A stretch of DNA of 64,000 bases from Fibrobacteria bacterium (GCA_050294405.1 JBNKOC010000028.1:32001-96000); one strand, 5' to 3'; positions 44,850-54,361 are shown, counted from the first letter of the stretch. The notes: generated from the letters alone by a model not told the origin. Numbers and translations are program-made.

Positions 44850-46067
44850 ATGGCCCAGCCACTTTTCTTTTCTGGCATTTTAGCCTTTTTGGCCGCAATT
44901 CCTATTTTTTCAGAAAAACTTCCCGAGGCTCCAATGGGTCCTTTGGCCATTGGCTCTCAAGGTTCTGGGGCCAGTGAAGGAGCTGGATTATTTTCTCTTT
45001 TTTCTAATCCTGCGGGAGCCCATGTTTACCAAGGTCAGGAAATGGCTGTTGGGATTAGTGATTTAAACACAGGGCTATTCCCTTTTGTTTCTTATGGGAA
45101 TAAATCCTCTCGGCTAATTAGCTATTCCCTTATGTATTATGGAAACCAAAGCATAAACCCCGATAGCACTTTGCAGGGGATTATGGCTAATGTAAGTTAT
45201 TATCCCAACACTTTTTTTAAAGCTGGGATTAATGTTTACAGCCAATCCCTAAATGGAAAATTTGCATCGGATATGGCCGCAGGCCTGCAATACTTTCCCA
45301 ATAAACGGTGGAAAATGGGAATATACGCGGCCAACTTAAGCGAATCAAAATTCGGATCCCAAAAAAGCGCGGCTTATTTTCCAAGACTTTTATCTGCGGG
45401 GTTTGGATACCAACCATTTGCATTTTCTCAAATACATTTGGATGTGTTATCTCCCAACGGAGATGTGGAAGAATGGTTTCCTGTGGCTTCTCTGGGCATT
45501 ATTTTTGGCAGAATTAATCAAATTAGAGTTCAGCCTGCTTTAAGGGGAGATTTTGAAAACCACGAAAATTTATTGGCTTCCCTAAGGGTAGAATTAAATT
45601 CCAACGTTGAAAAAAACAGACTGGGTTTTGCCTATGCCATTTCTGGCCTTGGAATTTATGAAAATTCGACGAATGTAAAACAGTCAGTGGCTATTAAATT
45701 CCAGATTGGTCTTAATGTGGATAAAGAAAATCCCATTTGCTCTGCTGAGGAAAAAAAGGGAAGCATTTCTTTGCTAGCTGGAAGCGAAAACAAAGAAGCT
45801 ATTTTTCATTTATCAGCTTATGATGAACAAAGCCCGCTAAAAAATTGGCAGTTTGTAATTTGCAATCAGGGAAAGGAAGGAGAGCCCGATAAAATGATAA
45901 AATCTTTTTCGGGCAGAGGGCTTCCCCCAAAGTTTTTAATGTGGGACGGTAGAAACAGTTCCAAGGAACTGGTGAGTCCGGGTTACTATTATTATCGCCT
46001 AGTAGTCCAGGATGCCGCAGGCAATGCAGGCCATTCGGCCTGGCAGCTACTGGAAGTAAAAAATTAA
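44850..46067 (+). CDS. Outer-membrane beta-barrel-like protein (degenerate PorV-type N-terminus) with C-terminal FlgD-like Ig domain
   Basis: SLFSNPAG; amphipathic strands; WDGRNSSKELVSPGYYYYRL. Confidence 0.5.
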   Translation: MAQPLFFSGILAFLAAIPIFSEKLPEAPMGPLAIGSQGSGASEGAGLFSLFSNPAGAHVYQGQEMAVGISDLNTGLFPFVSYGNKSSRLISYSLMYYGNQSINPDSTLQGIMANVSYYPNTFFKAGINVYSQSLNGKFASDMAAGLQYFPNKRWKMGIYAANLSESKFGSQKSAAYFPRLLSAGFGYQPFAFSQIHLDVLSPNGDVEEWFPVASLGIIFGRINQIRVQPALRGDFENHENLLASLRVELNSNVEKNRLGFAYAISGLGIYENSTNVKQSVAIKFQIGLNVDKENPICSAEEKKGSISLLAGSENKEAIFHLSAYDEQSPLKNWQFVICNQGKEGEPDKMIKSFSGRGLPPKFLMWDGRNSSKELVSPGYYYYRLVVQDAAGNAGHSAWQLLEVKN

Positions 46068-48286
46068 AACTTAAAGATTAAACCGAAACGGCGCTGGCCG
46101 TCGCGAATCCCTTCGGACAGGGTTTTAATAAAAGTGGCGTCCACTTGAAGGATGTCCGATAAAGAAAATCCCAATCCAAAATCCAATTCGTTTCGTTGCC
46201 CCGCTTCATCGTAAAGCCATCCCATTCTAAAAGCTACCACGTTAGCAAAGGTGTATTCCATCCCCTGGTTAAAAACGGTTTTTTCGATATTTTTTTGCCA
46301 TACTTCGGGAATGGTGTGATCTTTGTCGGCATCTCCAAAGGGATATACCAAGTCTTTCCAGGCACCAATGTATACAGGAGTGGCGCCACGCCTGTCGGTT
46401 TCATAATACACAGCTTCCCGGTTGGCGTCTTGAGCGATAATCAAACGGTGATTAGGAGTGGAAAACAACTCGTAAGACCAACCAAATTTCCAGGTAAAAG
46501 GAATGGGGTCGGATTGGTCTTGATCCACATAAAAAACCGCAGGCCCGATGTTTTGCATTACAAAGCCCAAATTAAGGCCCTTTAACATAACATCACGCCA
46601 CAACAAACCCATATCCACAGCATAAGAAGCGGCAACTCCGTCCTGGTTTTCGCCAGGAGCAGAAACACCAGGGGCCAGCGCAGAGTAAATGAATTTTACA
46701 TTTAGTCCCAATGCGGTATTTTTTTTGAGTTTAGTGCCATAAGAAAGCCCGGCCACCAATTCCGAAGAGTTAAAGGTTTTGTCCGTTTGGCCTTCTTCGT
46801 TAGTAAGAGGAATTTCGCCAAAGGATATGTAATTCACAAATCCGCCCACAGTACCCCATTCTTGAAGGGGAAAAGAGGTTCCCAAATAGGCGTGAAAAAG
46901 ATCTTCAATTTTTAAGGCGGGAAGCAAGGATTCATAAAAAAGACCCACCTGGGACTTTGCAGAGTTGTAGCGTTCCACACCCGCTTCAGTGACAAACCAA
47001 ACATCATCCCCTTGAGTTTCAATAACCATATCGTTGTTATTGGTTAAGGAGTTTCCGGTGTGGTAATGGAACCAGTCGCCTTTTTTTGCGTTGGGATCCT
47101 CAGGATTTTTCTTGCTTTTTTTACGGCCTTTGGCGTGGGCGTAATAAGGGGTGTGTTTCCAAACTCCTTTGTCGGTTCCAATCCAAATACTTCCGTCATC
47201 ATCTAAATCCAGGCTGCGCACCTGTTGTTTGTTAAAAGTAATACGTTGCCAATCAATTAATGAATAGTGGGATATTCCACCTGGGTGGCCCACCCACAAA
47301 TGGCTTTCTTTATCTAAAATAATGTTGGTAACATTGCTATCCAATAAACCATCTTCCACACTGAACAGCTTCCATTTGGCAGGCAAACCCTTTCCTTTGG
47401 AAGGTGTGTAACGGGCAATACCTCTGTCTTTGACGGCCACATACAATTCGCTGTTATTTGGATAAGTGGCCAGGGATGTTACGTGTTGCGAAGGTAGTTG
47501 GTTTTTTCCCCTTCTCACAAATTTGGTTTGCCGATAGCGATACAACCCGTTTTTGGTACCTATCCACACTTCGCTCCCCTTTAAGGCAAGAGCGGTAATA
47601 TGTCTGGTTAAATGGCTGTCTGGACCTTTGAAAGCATCGTCTGTGGCAAAATTTTTCCACTTGGCCCCATCGAATCGGTAGAGCCCAATGGGAGTTCCCA
47701 CCCAGACCCGTTGGGTTTTATCCACTACCAGGGTAGTGATTTCCACTCCACGGAAAAGCAGGTTGTAAGGCAATTTTAAGGAGATTAAATCTTCTTCATC
47801 TTCCTGGCTTTGGATGTCATTGTATTCTTTAACATATCTGACCAGGGAATCTAAATCGTCTTCGGTGCCAATATAATCCCTTACCACCTTATTCACATTG
47901 TCTTCTTGCTCCATTACATATTCGTGGTATTCTTTCCAAACTTTTCCATTGTATCTCACAAGACCATCTTTGGTGCCGGACCAAATAGAAGATTTAGACA
48001 AAAAGCCTTTTTTCTCGATGGAGCCCAAAGTGGTAAAATTGTATTTGATAATGTCTTTATCTTTTCCGGGAAGGGCCAACTCCCATTCGTCGGCCAAGGG
48101 GCCAAAAGCAAGGCCTGCCGGATTCCAAAAAGTGGCGTAAACATCATCAGCCAGGGCAACGGCGGTTTCCCCCATACCCAATTGCCTTGCCCCAACGGGC
48201 ATTACAAGCGTAATTACAGCTTGGGGGAAGATAGAACTCAATAAACCAAGTACCAGAAAACCGGTAATAAAACTTTTATAACTCAA
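46064..48286 (-). CDS. PorV/PorQ-family outer membrane protein with inserted beta-propeller
   Basis: PVGARQLGMGE...ATFWNPAGLAF; WVGT/WIGT repeats; barrel GLNVKFIYS, AVDMG, QNIGP; probable TTG start 48286 with GGAG RBS. Confidence 0.75.
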   Translation of the reverse strand: MSYKSFITGFLVLGLLSSIFPQAVITLVMPVGARQLGMGETAVALADDVYATFWNPAGLAFGPLADEWELALPGKDKDIIKYNFTTLGSIEKKGFLSKSSIWSGTKDGLVRYNGKVWKEYHEYVMEQEDNVNKVVRDYIGTEDDLDSLVRYVKEYNDIQSQEDEEDLISLKLPYNLLFRGVEITTLVVDKTQRVWVGTPIGLYRFDGAKWKNFATDDAFKGPDSHLTRHITALALKGSEVWIGTKNGLYRYRQTKFVRRGKNQLPSQHVTSLATYPNNSELYVAVKDRGIARYTPSKGKGLPAKWKLFSVEDGLLDSNVTNIILDKESHLWVGHPGGISHYSLIDWQRITFNKQQVRSLDLDDDGSIWIGTDKGVWKHTPYYAHAKGRKKSKKNPEDPNAKKGDWFHYHTGNSLTNNNDMVIETQGDDVWFVTEAGVERYNSAKSQVGLFYESLLPALKIEDLFHAYLGTSFPLQEWGTVGGFVNYISFGEIPLTNEEGQTDKTFNSSELVAGLSYGTKLKKNTALGLNVKFIYSALAPGVSAPGENQDGVAASYAVDMGLLWRDVMLKGLNLGFVMQNIGPAVFYVDQDQSDPIPFTWKFGWSYELFSTPNHRLIIAQDANREAVYYETDRRGATPVYIGAWKDLVYPFGDADKDHTIPEVWQKNIEKTVFNQGMEYTFANVVAFRMGWLYDEAGQRNELDFGLGFSLSDILQVDATFIKTLSEGIRDGQRRFGLIFKF

Positions 48287-48836
48287 CGACAGTGCTCCAT
48301 TTTGGTGTGATATATTTTCCATTAACTGGGAGCATGGGAGCCCAGCCTGTGCCATCAAGGTTAGTATTCCAGGCAAATTTTGGAATCAACTTGATGCGGC
48401 TTCCCAAGTAAAATGGGGGAATGAGCTGGGGGTAGTTTTGCAATTGCTCTCTGGTAACATAGCTGTTATCGCTAATGCCCACACACACATTTTTTTCCTG
48501 TTCAGGAATTTCGTAACAAAAGGTTTGCAGACCATCGGCATCGCCGTTTTCGATAACCTGAATACTGTCTTCCATGTGCTCGCGCCAGAGATTGAGATAG
48601 CTTTGGGCTTTGGATTTGTCGTCAATAACACCGCTGATTTTTTCCAGTGAGGGCGCTCTTTCTTCAAGGGCGCTGCGGGGTGATTGGCGAACCAATGAAT
48701 ACATTCCAGAAGTGTGGATGGTGGGAGCTGTTTCGTTTTTCAGCATTTTTTCCCGTTTTTGCAAAACCATGTAAATGGCTGCAGCCACCAGACTTACCAG
48801 CAAAAGAAATGTAAAGCCTAACAAAACGTACAGCAT
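48276..48836 (-). CDS. Hypothetical single-TM protein
   Basis: N-terminal TM helix; stop overlaps the next start. Confidence 0.7.
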   Translation of the reverse strand: MLYVLLGFTFLLLVSLVAAAIYMVLQKREKMLKNETAPTIHTSGMYSLVRQSPRSALEERAPSLEKISGVIDDKSKAQSYLNLWREHMEDSIQVIENGDADGLQTFCYEIPEQEKNVCVGISDNSYVTREQLQNYPQLIPPFYLGSRIKLIPKFAWNTNLDGTGWAPMLPVNGKYITPKWSTVVEL

Positions 48837-48903
48837 AAAAAATCCCAGTTATGGAGTTAGAAATATACGAATATCTGCCCTTAAAGACTTGTTTTGCCCG
48901 ATT

Positions 48904-50019
48904 TTAATTTAGGGAAAACTTTTGAACTGTTTCAATGTGAAAAGTTTGAGGGTAAAAGTCAAAAGCCTTAAAAGAATCCATTTTGTAGCCAGCGGCTAAA
49001 ATATCCCGGGAGTCGCGAGCCTGGGTAACGGGATTGCAACTTACATAAACGAGTTTTTTGGGTTTTGCCGCAAGCAATGCTTTTTTAGCAGATTGACTAA
49101 TTCCGTTTCGGGGAGGGTCCACCACCACCACATCGCATTCAGGCAACTGCTGGCCGCCAAAAAATTTTTCCACAGACAGAGGGAAAAATTCAGCCTGTTT
49201 ACCCTGGAGGTTTTTTTTGGCAAATTTTAGGGAATGGCTGTTTTCTTCAACTAAAATACAGCGCTTAAAATTGTCGGCTAAAAACAATGCGAATAGGCCC
49301 ACTCCGCTGTAAAGATCCACAGCTGTTTCCCCTTTTAAATCCTGTAACGCATGTTGTATAAATGTTTCCAGAAGGCTGAGGTTGCTTTGAAAAAAACAAC
49401 GGTTGTCGAACTCAATGCTTTTACCCAAAAGTTTAAGTTTTACTATTTCATGGCCAGTACTGAGCTGTCCGGTGGTTGTGCTAAACAAATGGACTTTTGA
49501 AGATTTACCGGAGGTAATGGAACTTGGTTTTTCCTTGAGCAAATTGTTTATGGCGGGGGCCAGCACAGCGCAATGTTCAACCTCGATTATATCTATAGTT
49601 TTGCGGCGCATAAAGCCCAGTTTTTTTTCCTTAGCATTAACCTGCAATTGGGCTCGGTTGCGATATCCCCAGGGAGAGCTTTGCACAATTTCGAAATCAG
49701 GGAGTTCCAGTTTTCCGGTTCTGGAAAAAGCGTCTTTTATAATTTGCTTTTTTAATTGGAGTTGTTCCCCATATTCGATATGTTGCCAATGGCAGCCACC
49801 GCAATCATTATAGATGGGGCAAGGGGGTTTTACCCGCGCGGGAGAGCTTTTTAAAATTTTTAACGGGAGAGCCCGAAGATATTGCTTTTTATCTTCGGTG
49901 ATTTCGACTTCGATGACTTCAGCTGGTAGAACAGAAGGCACAAGTACAACTTGTCCCTCGTGCCGAGCTAAACCATCTCCCCCAGGTACGAGCTTTTCGA
50001 TGGTTAGGCAAAGACTCAA
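48904..50019 (-). CDS. RNA m5U methyltransferase (RlmD/TrmA family, TRAM domain)
   Basis: CPIYNDCGGC, YRNR, FFQSN, DLYSGVG, VDPPR, YVSCNP. Confidence 0.92.
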   Translation of the reverse strand: MSLCLTIEKLVPGGDGLARHEGQVVLVPSVLPAEVIEVEITEDKKQYLRALPLKILKSSPARVKPPCPIYNDCGGCHWQHIEYGEQLQLKKQIIKDAFSRTGKLELPDFEIVQSSPWGYRNRAQLQVNAKEKKLGFMRRKTIDIIEVEHCAVLAPAINNLLKEKPSSITSGKSSKVHLFSTTTGQLSTGHEIVKLKLLGKSIEFDNRCFFQSNLSLLETFIQHALQDLKGETAVDLYSGVGLFALFLADNFKRCILVEENSHSLKFAKKNLQGKQAEFFPLSVEKFFGGQQLPECDVVVVDPPRNGISQSAKKALLAAKPKKLVYVSCNPVTQARDSRDILAAGYKMDSFKAFDFYPQTFHIETVQKFSLN

Positions 50020-50036
50020 GCTGGTGCAGTGAAAAA

Positions 50037-50543
50037 CTATTTTGTGGGTGCAAACTTTTCAGCCATTTCGCTGAACATTTTGCTAATCATGGAACGGCTG
50101 AGTTTAATTTCTCTCAATATTCCAATATCCCGTTGGCTGTCCTGAGAAACTTTTTCAATTTCTGCGCGGAGGTTATCGCTCATGGAAGTGAGTTCATCTT
50201 CCAGGCGTTTGTTCAAGCTGTTAAGGGAATCACGGAAGTGGTTTTGCATTTTCTCCATTTGACCTTTAAGATCATTAACCTCTTTGCGATGCGCTTCGTC
50301 AATGGAACGCAAAGAAGCAGTAAAGCCATCATTTTGTTGTTGAATGATATGCTTTAAAATTTCCATTTGCTTGTTGCTTTGATTGCGGGCTTCTTTGAGT
50401 TTTAAATCCACATCGTGTTTCACCGCATCAATGGTTTCGGAGTTTTTTTTGATTTCAGTTCCGAAAAGAAGTTCTTTAACCTTTTCCAGGTTATTAATAT
50501 CTGCACCGGCTGTTTGGTCTTGCATAGCTTTCAAGTCTCCCAT
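50037..50543 (-). CDS. Hypothetical coiled-coil protein
   Basis: NLEKVKELLFG followed by heptad repeats; AAGGA RBS. Confidence 0.7.
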   Translation of the reverse strand: MGDLKAMQDQTAGADINNLEKVKELLFGTEIKKNSETIDAVKHDVDLKLKEARNQSNKQMEILKHIIQQQNDGFTASLRSIDEAHRKEVNDLKGQMEKMQNHFRDSLNSLNKRLEDELTSMSDNLRAEIEKVSQDSQRDIGILREIKLSRSMISKMFSEMAEKFAPTK

Positions 50544-50598
50544 TTTCCTTTGTTATTTACTTTACCTGAGGGAAAAAATAATTTAGTAATTCCCGAAC

Positions 50599-50622
50599 TT
50601 TTTTGAAGAATTCTTCAAAAAA
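50599..50622. repeat. Perfect 24-bp palindrome
   Basis: TTTTTTGAAGAATTCTTCAAAAAA. Confidence 0.9.
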
Positions 50623-50713
50623 TTATAGCCTAGTTGGAGTATTTCCACATAATTTGGGTAAAAATAAGCCTCCCAAAAAACTAAATTTCACAAAAAGTTA
50701 AATATTTTCGAAA

Positions 50714-51265
50714 TCAAAAGCGGGAAGTGTCTGCAAGAGCGGCCTGCAATTCGTAAATGGTTTCGTTGTCGTTAAAACCCTTTATGCGAATAAAATTGCC
50801 CTTGCTATTAATAAGCATAATCACTGGAACGCTGCCGGTGCCGTAATTATCGCTGATGTTTCTTTTTTTATCCACAAATACAGGAACATCCAGTTTTTGT
50901 TCGGTAATAAATTTGCCAATATCGCTTTCTCGATTATTACCTGAAGCCACTGCTAACATATCAAGACCTTTTTCTTTGTTTTCATTTTTGAACTTGATTA
51001 AAAAAGGAGCGGAATGTTTGCAATGGGGGCAAGTGGCGGAAAAATAAAACAGAATAAAATTTTTATTCTGATAACTGCTCAAATTTACCTTTGCATCGGT
51101 AAAAGGCTCCAATTCCAAGTCGTATTTAAAAACCGCAGGCTTTCCGTCTTTGTCCTTAATAAAATCGGGAGCAGTAATTTGAACGGGCCCTAAAAGTTTT
51201 TGGCTGTATCCCATCGATAAGGTTAATGCCAAGACAATCCACAATTTTGAAATAGAATTCAGCAT
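50714..51265 (-). CDS. Exported TlpA/thioredoxin-like disulfide oxidoreductase
   Basis: Signal peptide MLNSISKLW...; FSATCPHC; cis-Pro SVP; start placed at the second Met of the track ORF (approximate). Confidence 0.85.
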   Translation of the reverse strand: MLNSISKLWIVLALTLSMGYSQKLLGPVQITAPDFIKDKDGKPAVFKYDLELEPFTDAKVNLSSYQNKNFILFYFSATCPHCKHSAPFLIKFKNENKEKGLDMLAVASGNNRESDIGKFITEQKLDVPVFVDKKRNISDNYGTGSVPVIMLINSKGNFIRIKGFNDNETIYELQAALADTSRF

Positions 51266-51331
51266 ACAAATAATCTCCTTTTGCTGCGTTCCAAATATAA
51301 GCAAACTCACGAAATAATAAATTAGTCAATT

Positions 51332-52663
51332 TTAATTTAAATGACTTTTAGCCATTTTTGCCAGGCGATATTGGAGCGTTCTGCGGGAAATTCCCAAATA
51401 ATCGGCTGTTTTTTGGCGGTGGTGCTGGTTCAGTCTTAAGGCCTCTAATATTTTATCTTCGGTAAGAGTTTTTTGGACGCTATATGTTTGAATTTCGTTG
51501 GAATTGGAGTTTTGCCTATAATGTGAGCGTAAATGCAGGTTAAAAATATCCGATGGATTTTTTCCAATTTCCCGAAAAATTAAAAGTTTTTCACAAAAAT
51601 TCTTTAGTTCCCTGACATTTCCCGGCCAGGGGTAATTTGAAAATTCAAAAGGGAATTGTCCCAGAATTTCCGAAATTTTATCAGAGGGCAACTGCTTTTG
51701 TAAAAAATGCTGGAATAAAACCGCAATGTCCATAGGCCTTTCTCTAAGGGGTGGAATTGGGATTTTAATCACATGGATACGAAAATAAAGATCTTCACGG
51801 AATTGGCCCTGGTTTAACATTTCCTCCAGATTTTTATGGGTGGCGCAAATAAGTCGAAAATCAAATTCCACTTCTTTTTGCCCTCCCACAGGCATGGCTT
51901 TTTTTTCCTGCAAGGCTCTCAACAATTTTGTTTGCATAAAAAAAGGAAGGTCGCCAACTTCATCTAAAAACAAAGTTCCCCCTTCGGCGAGTTTTAACTT
52001 TCCGGGATTGTTGCTGTTAGCCCCGGTAAATGCGCCTTTGCTGTGGCCAAAAAATTCACTTTCAAAAAGGCTTTCCACAATGGCCCCGCAGTTTATGGCC
52101 ACAAAAGGGCTGGAATTTTTAAACCGCAAATGATGTATGTATTGAGCGATAACTTCCTTACCGCTTCCGCTTTCTCCGGCCAAATATATATTGCAATTTT
52201 TATGGGCCACAGCCTGGCATAGTTCCATAACTTGTTCCATGGGAGAACCGGGTGTGTAAACCAAATTATGGTTCATGGAAATCGAGCTGGTGGCAGATGG
52301 GCTTTTATTTAGCTTTTGCAAAATACTTTCAATATCTCTGGCGTGAATTGGTTTTTCCAAAAAATCCGAGGCCCCAAGTTTAATCGCATCTACAGCCCGG
52401 CTGATGCTGGCATATGCGGTCATCATAATGGTTGTGGGCAGTTTTATGTTATGTTCGCCGGCTAATTTTAACAAACTAATTCCGTATCCGTCAGGGAGTT
52501 GATAATCTATAAAAGCCAACTGGAATTCAAATTGGCTTAAATATTTAAAACCCTTGTTGATGTTAGTTGCCCATTGGCACACATAGCCTTTTTCCTCCAA
52601 AAGGCTTTTTAACTGCTGACCCTGGGAGATGTTATCCTCTACAATTAAGGCTTTATTTGGCAT
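51332..52663 (-). CDS. Sigma-54-dependent response regulator (NtrC/FleR-like)
   Basis: Receiver VED/DYQLP/EKP; GESGSGKE, GAFTGA, WPGNVREL; Fis HTH. Confidence 0.94.
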   Translation of the reverse strand: MPNKALIVEDNISQGQQLKSLLEEKGYVCQWATNINKGFKYLSQFEFQLAFIDYQLPDGYGISLLKLAGEHNIKLPTTIMMTAYASISRAVDAIKLGASDFLEKPIHARDIESILQKLNKSPSATSSISMNHNLVYTPGSPMEQVMELCQAVAHKNCNIYLAGESGSGKEVIAQYIHHLRFKNSSPFVAINCGAIVESLFESEFFGHSKGAFTGANSNNPGKLKLAEGGTLFLDEVGDLPFFMQTKLLRALQEKKAMPVGGQKEVEFDFRLICATHKNLEEMLNQGQFREDLYFRIHVIKIPIPPLRERPMDIAVLFQHFLQKQLPSDKISEILGQFPFEFSNYPWPGNVRELKNFCEKLLIFREIGKNPSDIFNLHLRSHYRQNSNSNEIQTYSVQKTLTEDKILEALRLNQHHRQKTADYLGISRRTLQYRLAKMAKSHLN

Positions 52664-53798
52664 AAGCGTTCCTTAGTGAATTGGGAAAATGGGATACATG
52701 TCTTTTTTTTGGAATAGATAATTGGAAAAAGTGCGCTTTGTTGTTTTGAGGGGGAAAGTACTCCAAACCTCCTGCGTGCTGTGTGGCGATTTCCAAAGCT
52801 AAATTAAGGCCAATGCCGCTTCCCCCCTCTCTAAGGCTGGTATAGGGCTTAAATAACATGGGCGAAAAATATTCGGGAACACCTTTTCCGCTGTCGGATA
52901 CTAAAAACCGGATATGAGATGTGTTTTCTTTTAGCGCAAGAGAGACCCAACCACCTTGGCCGCAAAAATCTAAGGCGTTTTCAAGCAACACTTGCAGGGC
53001 CTCAAATATCCAGCGCTTATTGCCTTCAAAGCCTGGACCAGTGTTTTTTTTGGCCGGGTTCCCCTCCAAAAAATGCAGCTTGACTTTGTTTTTATTGGCA
53101 GTGGGATAAAAATAAAGATACAGCTCGTTAATAAGTTCGGGCGCTTGTATGTTGCTCCAACTATCTTGATTTTGAAAGCAGGTATACAATTGCAGTTGAT
53201 GGCTAATATGTTCCCTTAAACTTTTTAGCTTTTGAGATTCCATTTCAAAAATTTTTTGCTGCTTATCCGGCAAAAGAGAAGCGCTATACATCAATTGATT
53301 TTCCAAAGATAACAGTGGAGTTTTTATCTGGTGGCTTAGTTGTATAAATTTTTCTTTATGCTTTTTGGAGGATTCGGCTGATTTTATCCAATGGGGAAAG
53401 TATGTCGTTTTCGCCTTGAAATAAAGTTGGTTAGAAAGGCGAGCCGTTTTTTTTAGAAAAAGGCTTGGGGTATTTGATAGGGGCAACAGTATAAATATCC
53501 ATAATTTTATTTGGCTGCTTATTTCTTTTGGATAGCCATATATATGGTAGTCGGGCCCAAAAATATTTTTTAAACAGTATGAGTAGCGGTAGTTTTTTTT
53601 ATGGTTAACGGGGAAAGAAACCAGATTTTTCAAATATTTATTAAGCGAGGACAAATTTTCGGTTCCCATATTAACGGGGCCCTGTCCATAACATGTATAA
53701 CCCTCCGGATATAACAACAACCAGGAGATTTTAAGCTCTCCGGTTATTTTTGGCCAATAGGGTTTAAACGCAGATATTACATCTATTACCATACACAA
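52653..53798 (-). CDS. Sensor histidine kinase (HisKA/HATPase)
   Basis: SHQIKTPL, ENALDF, DSGKGV, GSGIGL; overlaps the regulator start. Confidence 0.85.
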   Translation of the reverse strand: MCMVIDVISAFKPYWPKITGELKISWLLLYPEGYTCYGQGPVNMGTENLSSLNKYLKNLVSFPVNHKKNYRYSYCLKNIFGPDYHIYGYPKEISSQIKLWIFILLPLSNTPSLFLKKTARLSNQLYFKAKTTYFPHWIKSAESSKKHKEKFIQLSHQIKTPLLSLENQLMYSASLLPDKQQKIFEMESQKLKSLREHISHQLQLYTCFQNQDSWSNIQAPELINELYLYFYPTANKNKVKLHFLEGNPAKKNTGPGFEGNKRWIFEALQVLLENALDFCGQGGWVSLALKENTSHIRFLVSDSGKGVPEYFSPMLFKPYTSLREGGSGIGLNLALEIATQHAGGLEYFPPQNNKAHFFQLSIPKKRHVSHFPNSLRNAYAK

Positions 53799-53992
53799 AC
53801 CATTTTAAAGCAGCCCTATATTAAGAGCCCTCATTCAAATTTTTAAGACAAGCGAGAATTAAGCTTTCTTTGTTTATAAACTAAATAATTGAAAAATTTT
53901 TGTCACGCATTTTTTCAATGCATACATACAAAAATTTTTTGAGGACTTAAAAAAGAGGGATTAAGGCACAGGAAGCGTTGATAGAAACGCTC

Positions 53993-54253
53993 TTAAGTAT
54001 AGGGGTCGAGAGTCTTGCTTAATTTCTCAGAAATATCGTCGGTAATATTGCTGCTAAAATAAAATCCCGATTTAACTCTTTTTTGAACAAGGGCTAATTT
54101 TTCAGCCCGTTCGGCGGAGGCTTGGGAAACTTCCACTTTATCCCTGGTATTAAAAGAAGAAGTCTTTTTATCTTCTTCCTTTTTTTCCTGCTTTAGAACG
54201 CCCTTTTTATCGGTAAGCAGAGAGGCCTGGTAAAAAAAGTTTTTAATTTCCAT
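53993..54253 (-). CDS. FlgM-like anti-sigma-28 factor
   Basis: MEIK...DKVEVS...RAEKLALVQKRVKSGFY...ISEKL; upstream sigma-28 promoter. Confidence 0.7.
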   Translation of the reverse strand: MEIKNFFYQASLLTDKKGVLKQEKKEEDKKTSSFNTRDKVEVSQASAERAEKLALVQKRVKSGFYFSSNITDDISEKLSKTLDPYT

Positions 54254-54260
54254 AAAAAGC

Positions 54261-54287
54261 TAAAGTGCGCTGTCAAAATGTCGATAT
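54261..54287 (+). promoter_or_regulatory. Sigma-28 (FliA)-type promoter, antisense to the flgM leader
   Basis: TAAA-N15-GTCGATAT vs consensus TAAA-N15-GCCGATAA. Confidence 0.65.
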
Positions 54288-54292
54288 ATAAC

Positions 54293-54361
54293 AAAGCGAA
54301 ACTACTGCTACTCCGATTGGGGTAAAAAGGGACGGGGAATACGCTTCTCCGTCTTTTTTTT
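54293..54361 (+). ncRNA. Candidate sigma-28-dependent sRNA (~68 nt; 5' end approximate)
   Basis: Lies between the promoter and terminator; internal hairpin TACTCC-GATT-GGGGTA; no ORF. Confidence 0.5.
54331..54361 (+). terminator. Intrinsic terminator
   Basis: GACGGGGAA-TACGC-TTCTCCGTC followed by T8. Confidence 0.8.

Noticed and set aside
48287..48376. N-terminal extension of the PorV ORF given in the track
   Set aside because: Overlaps the upstream gene by about 100 nt; TTG at 48286 has an RBS and yields a signal peptide
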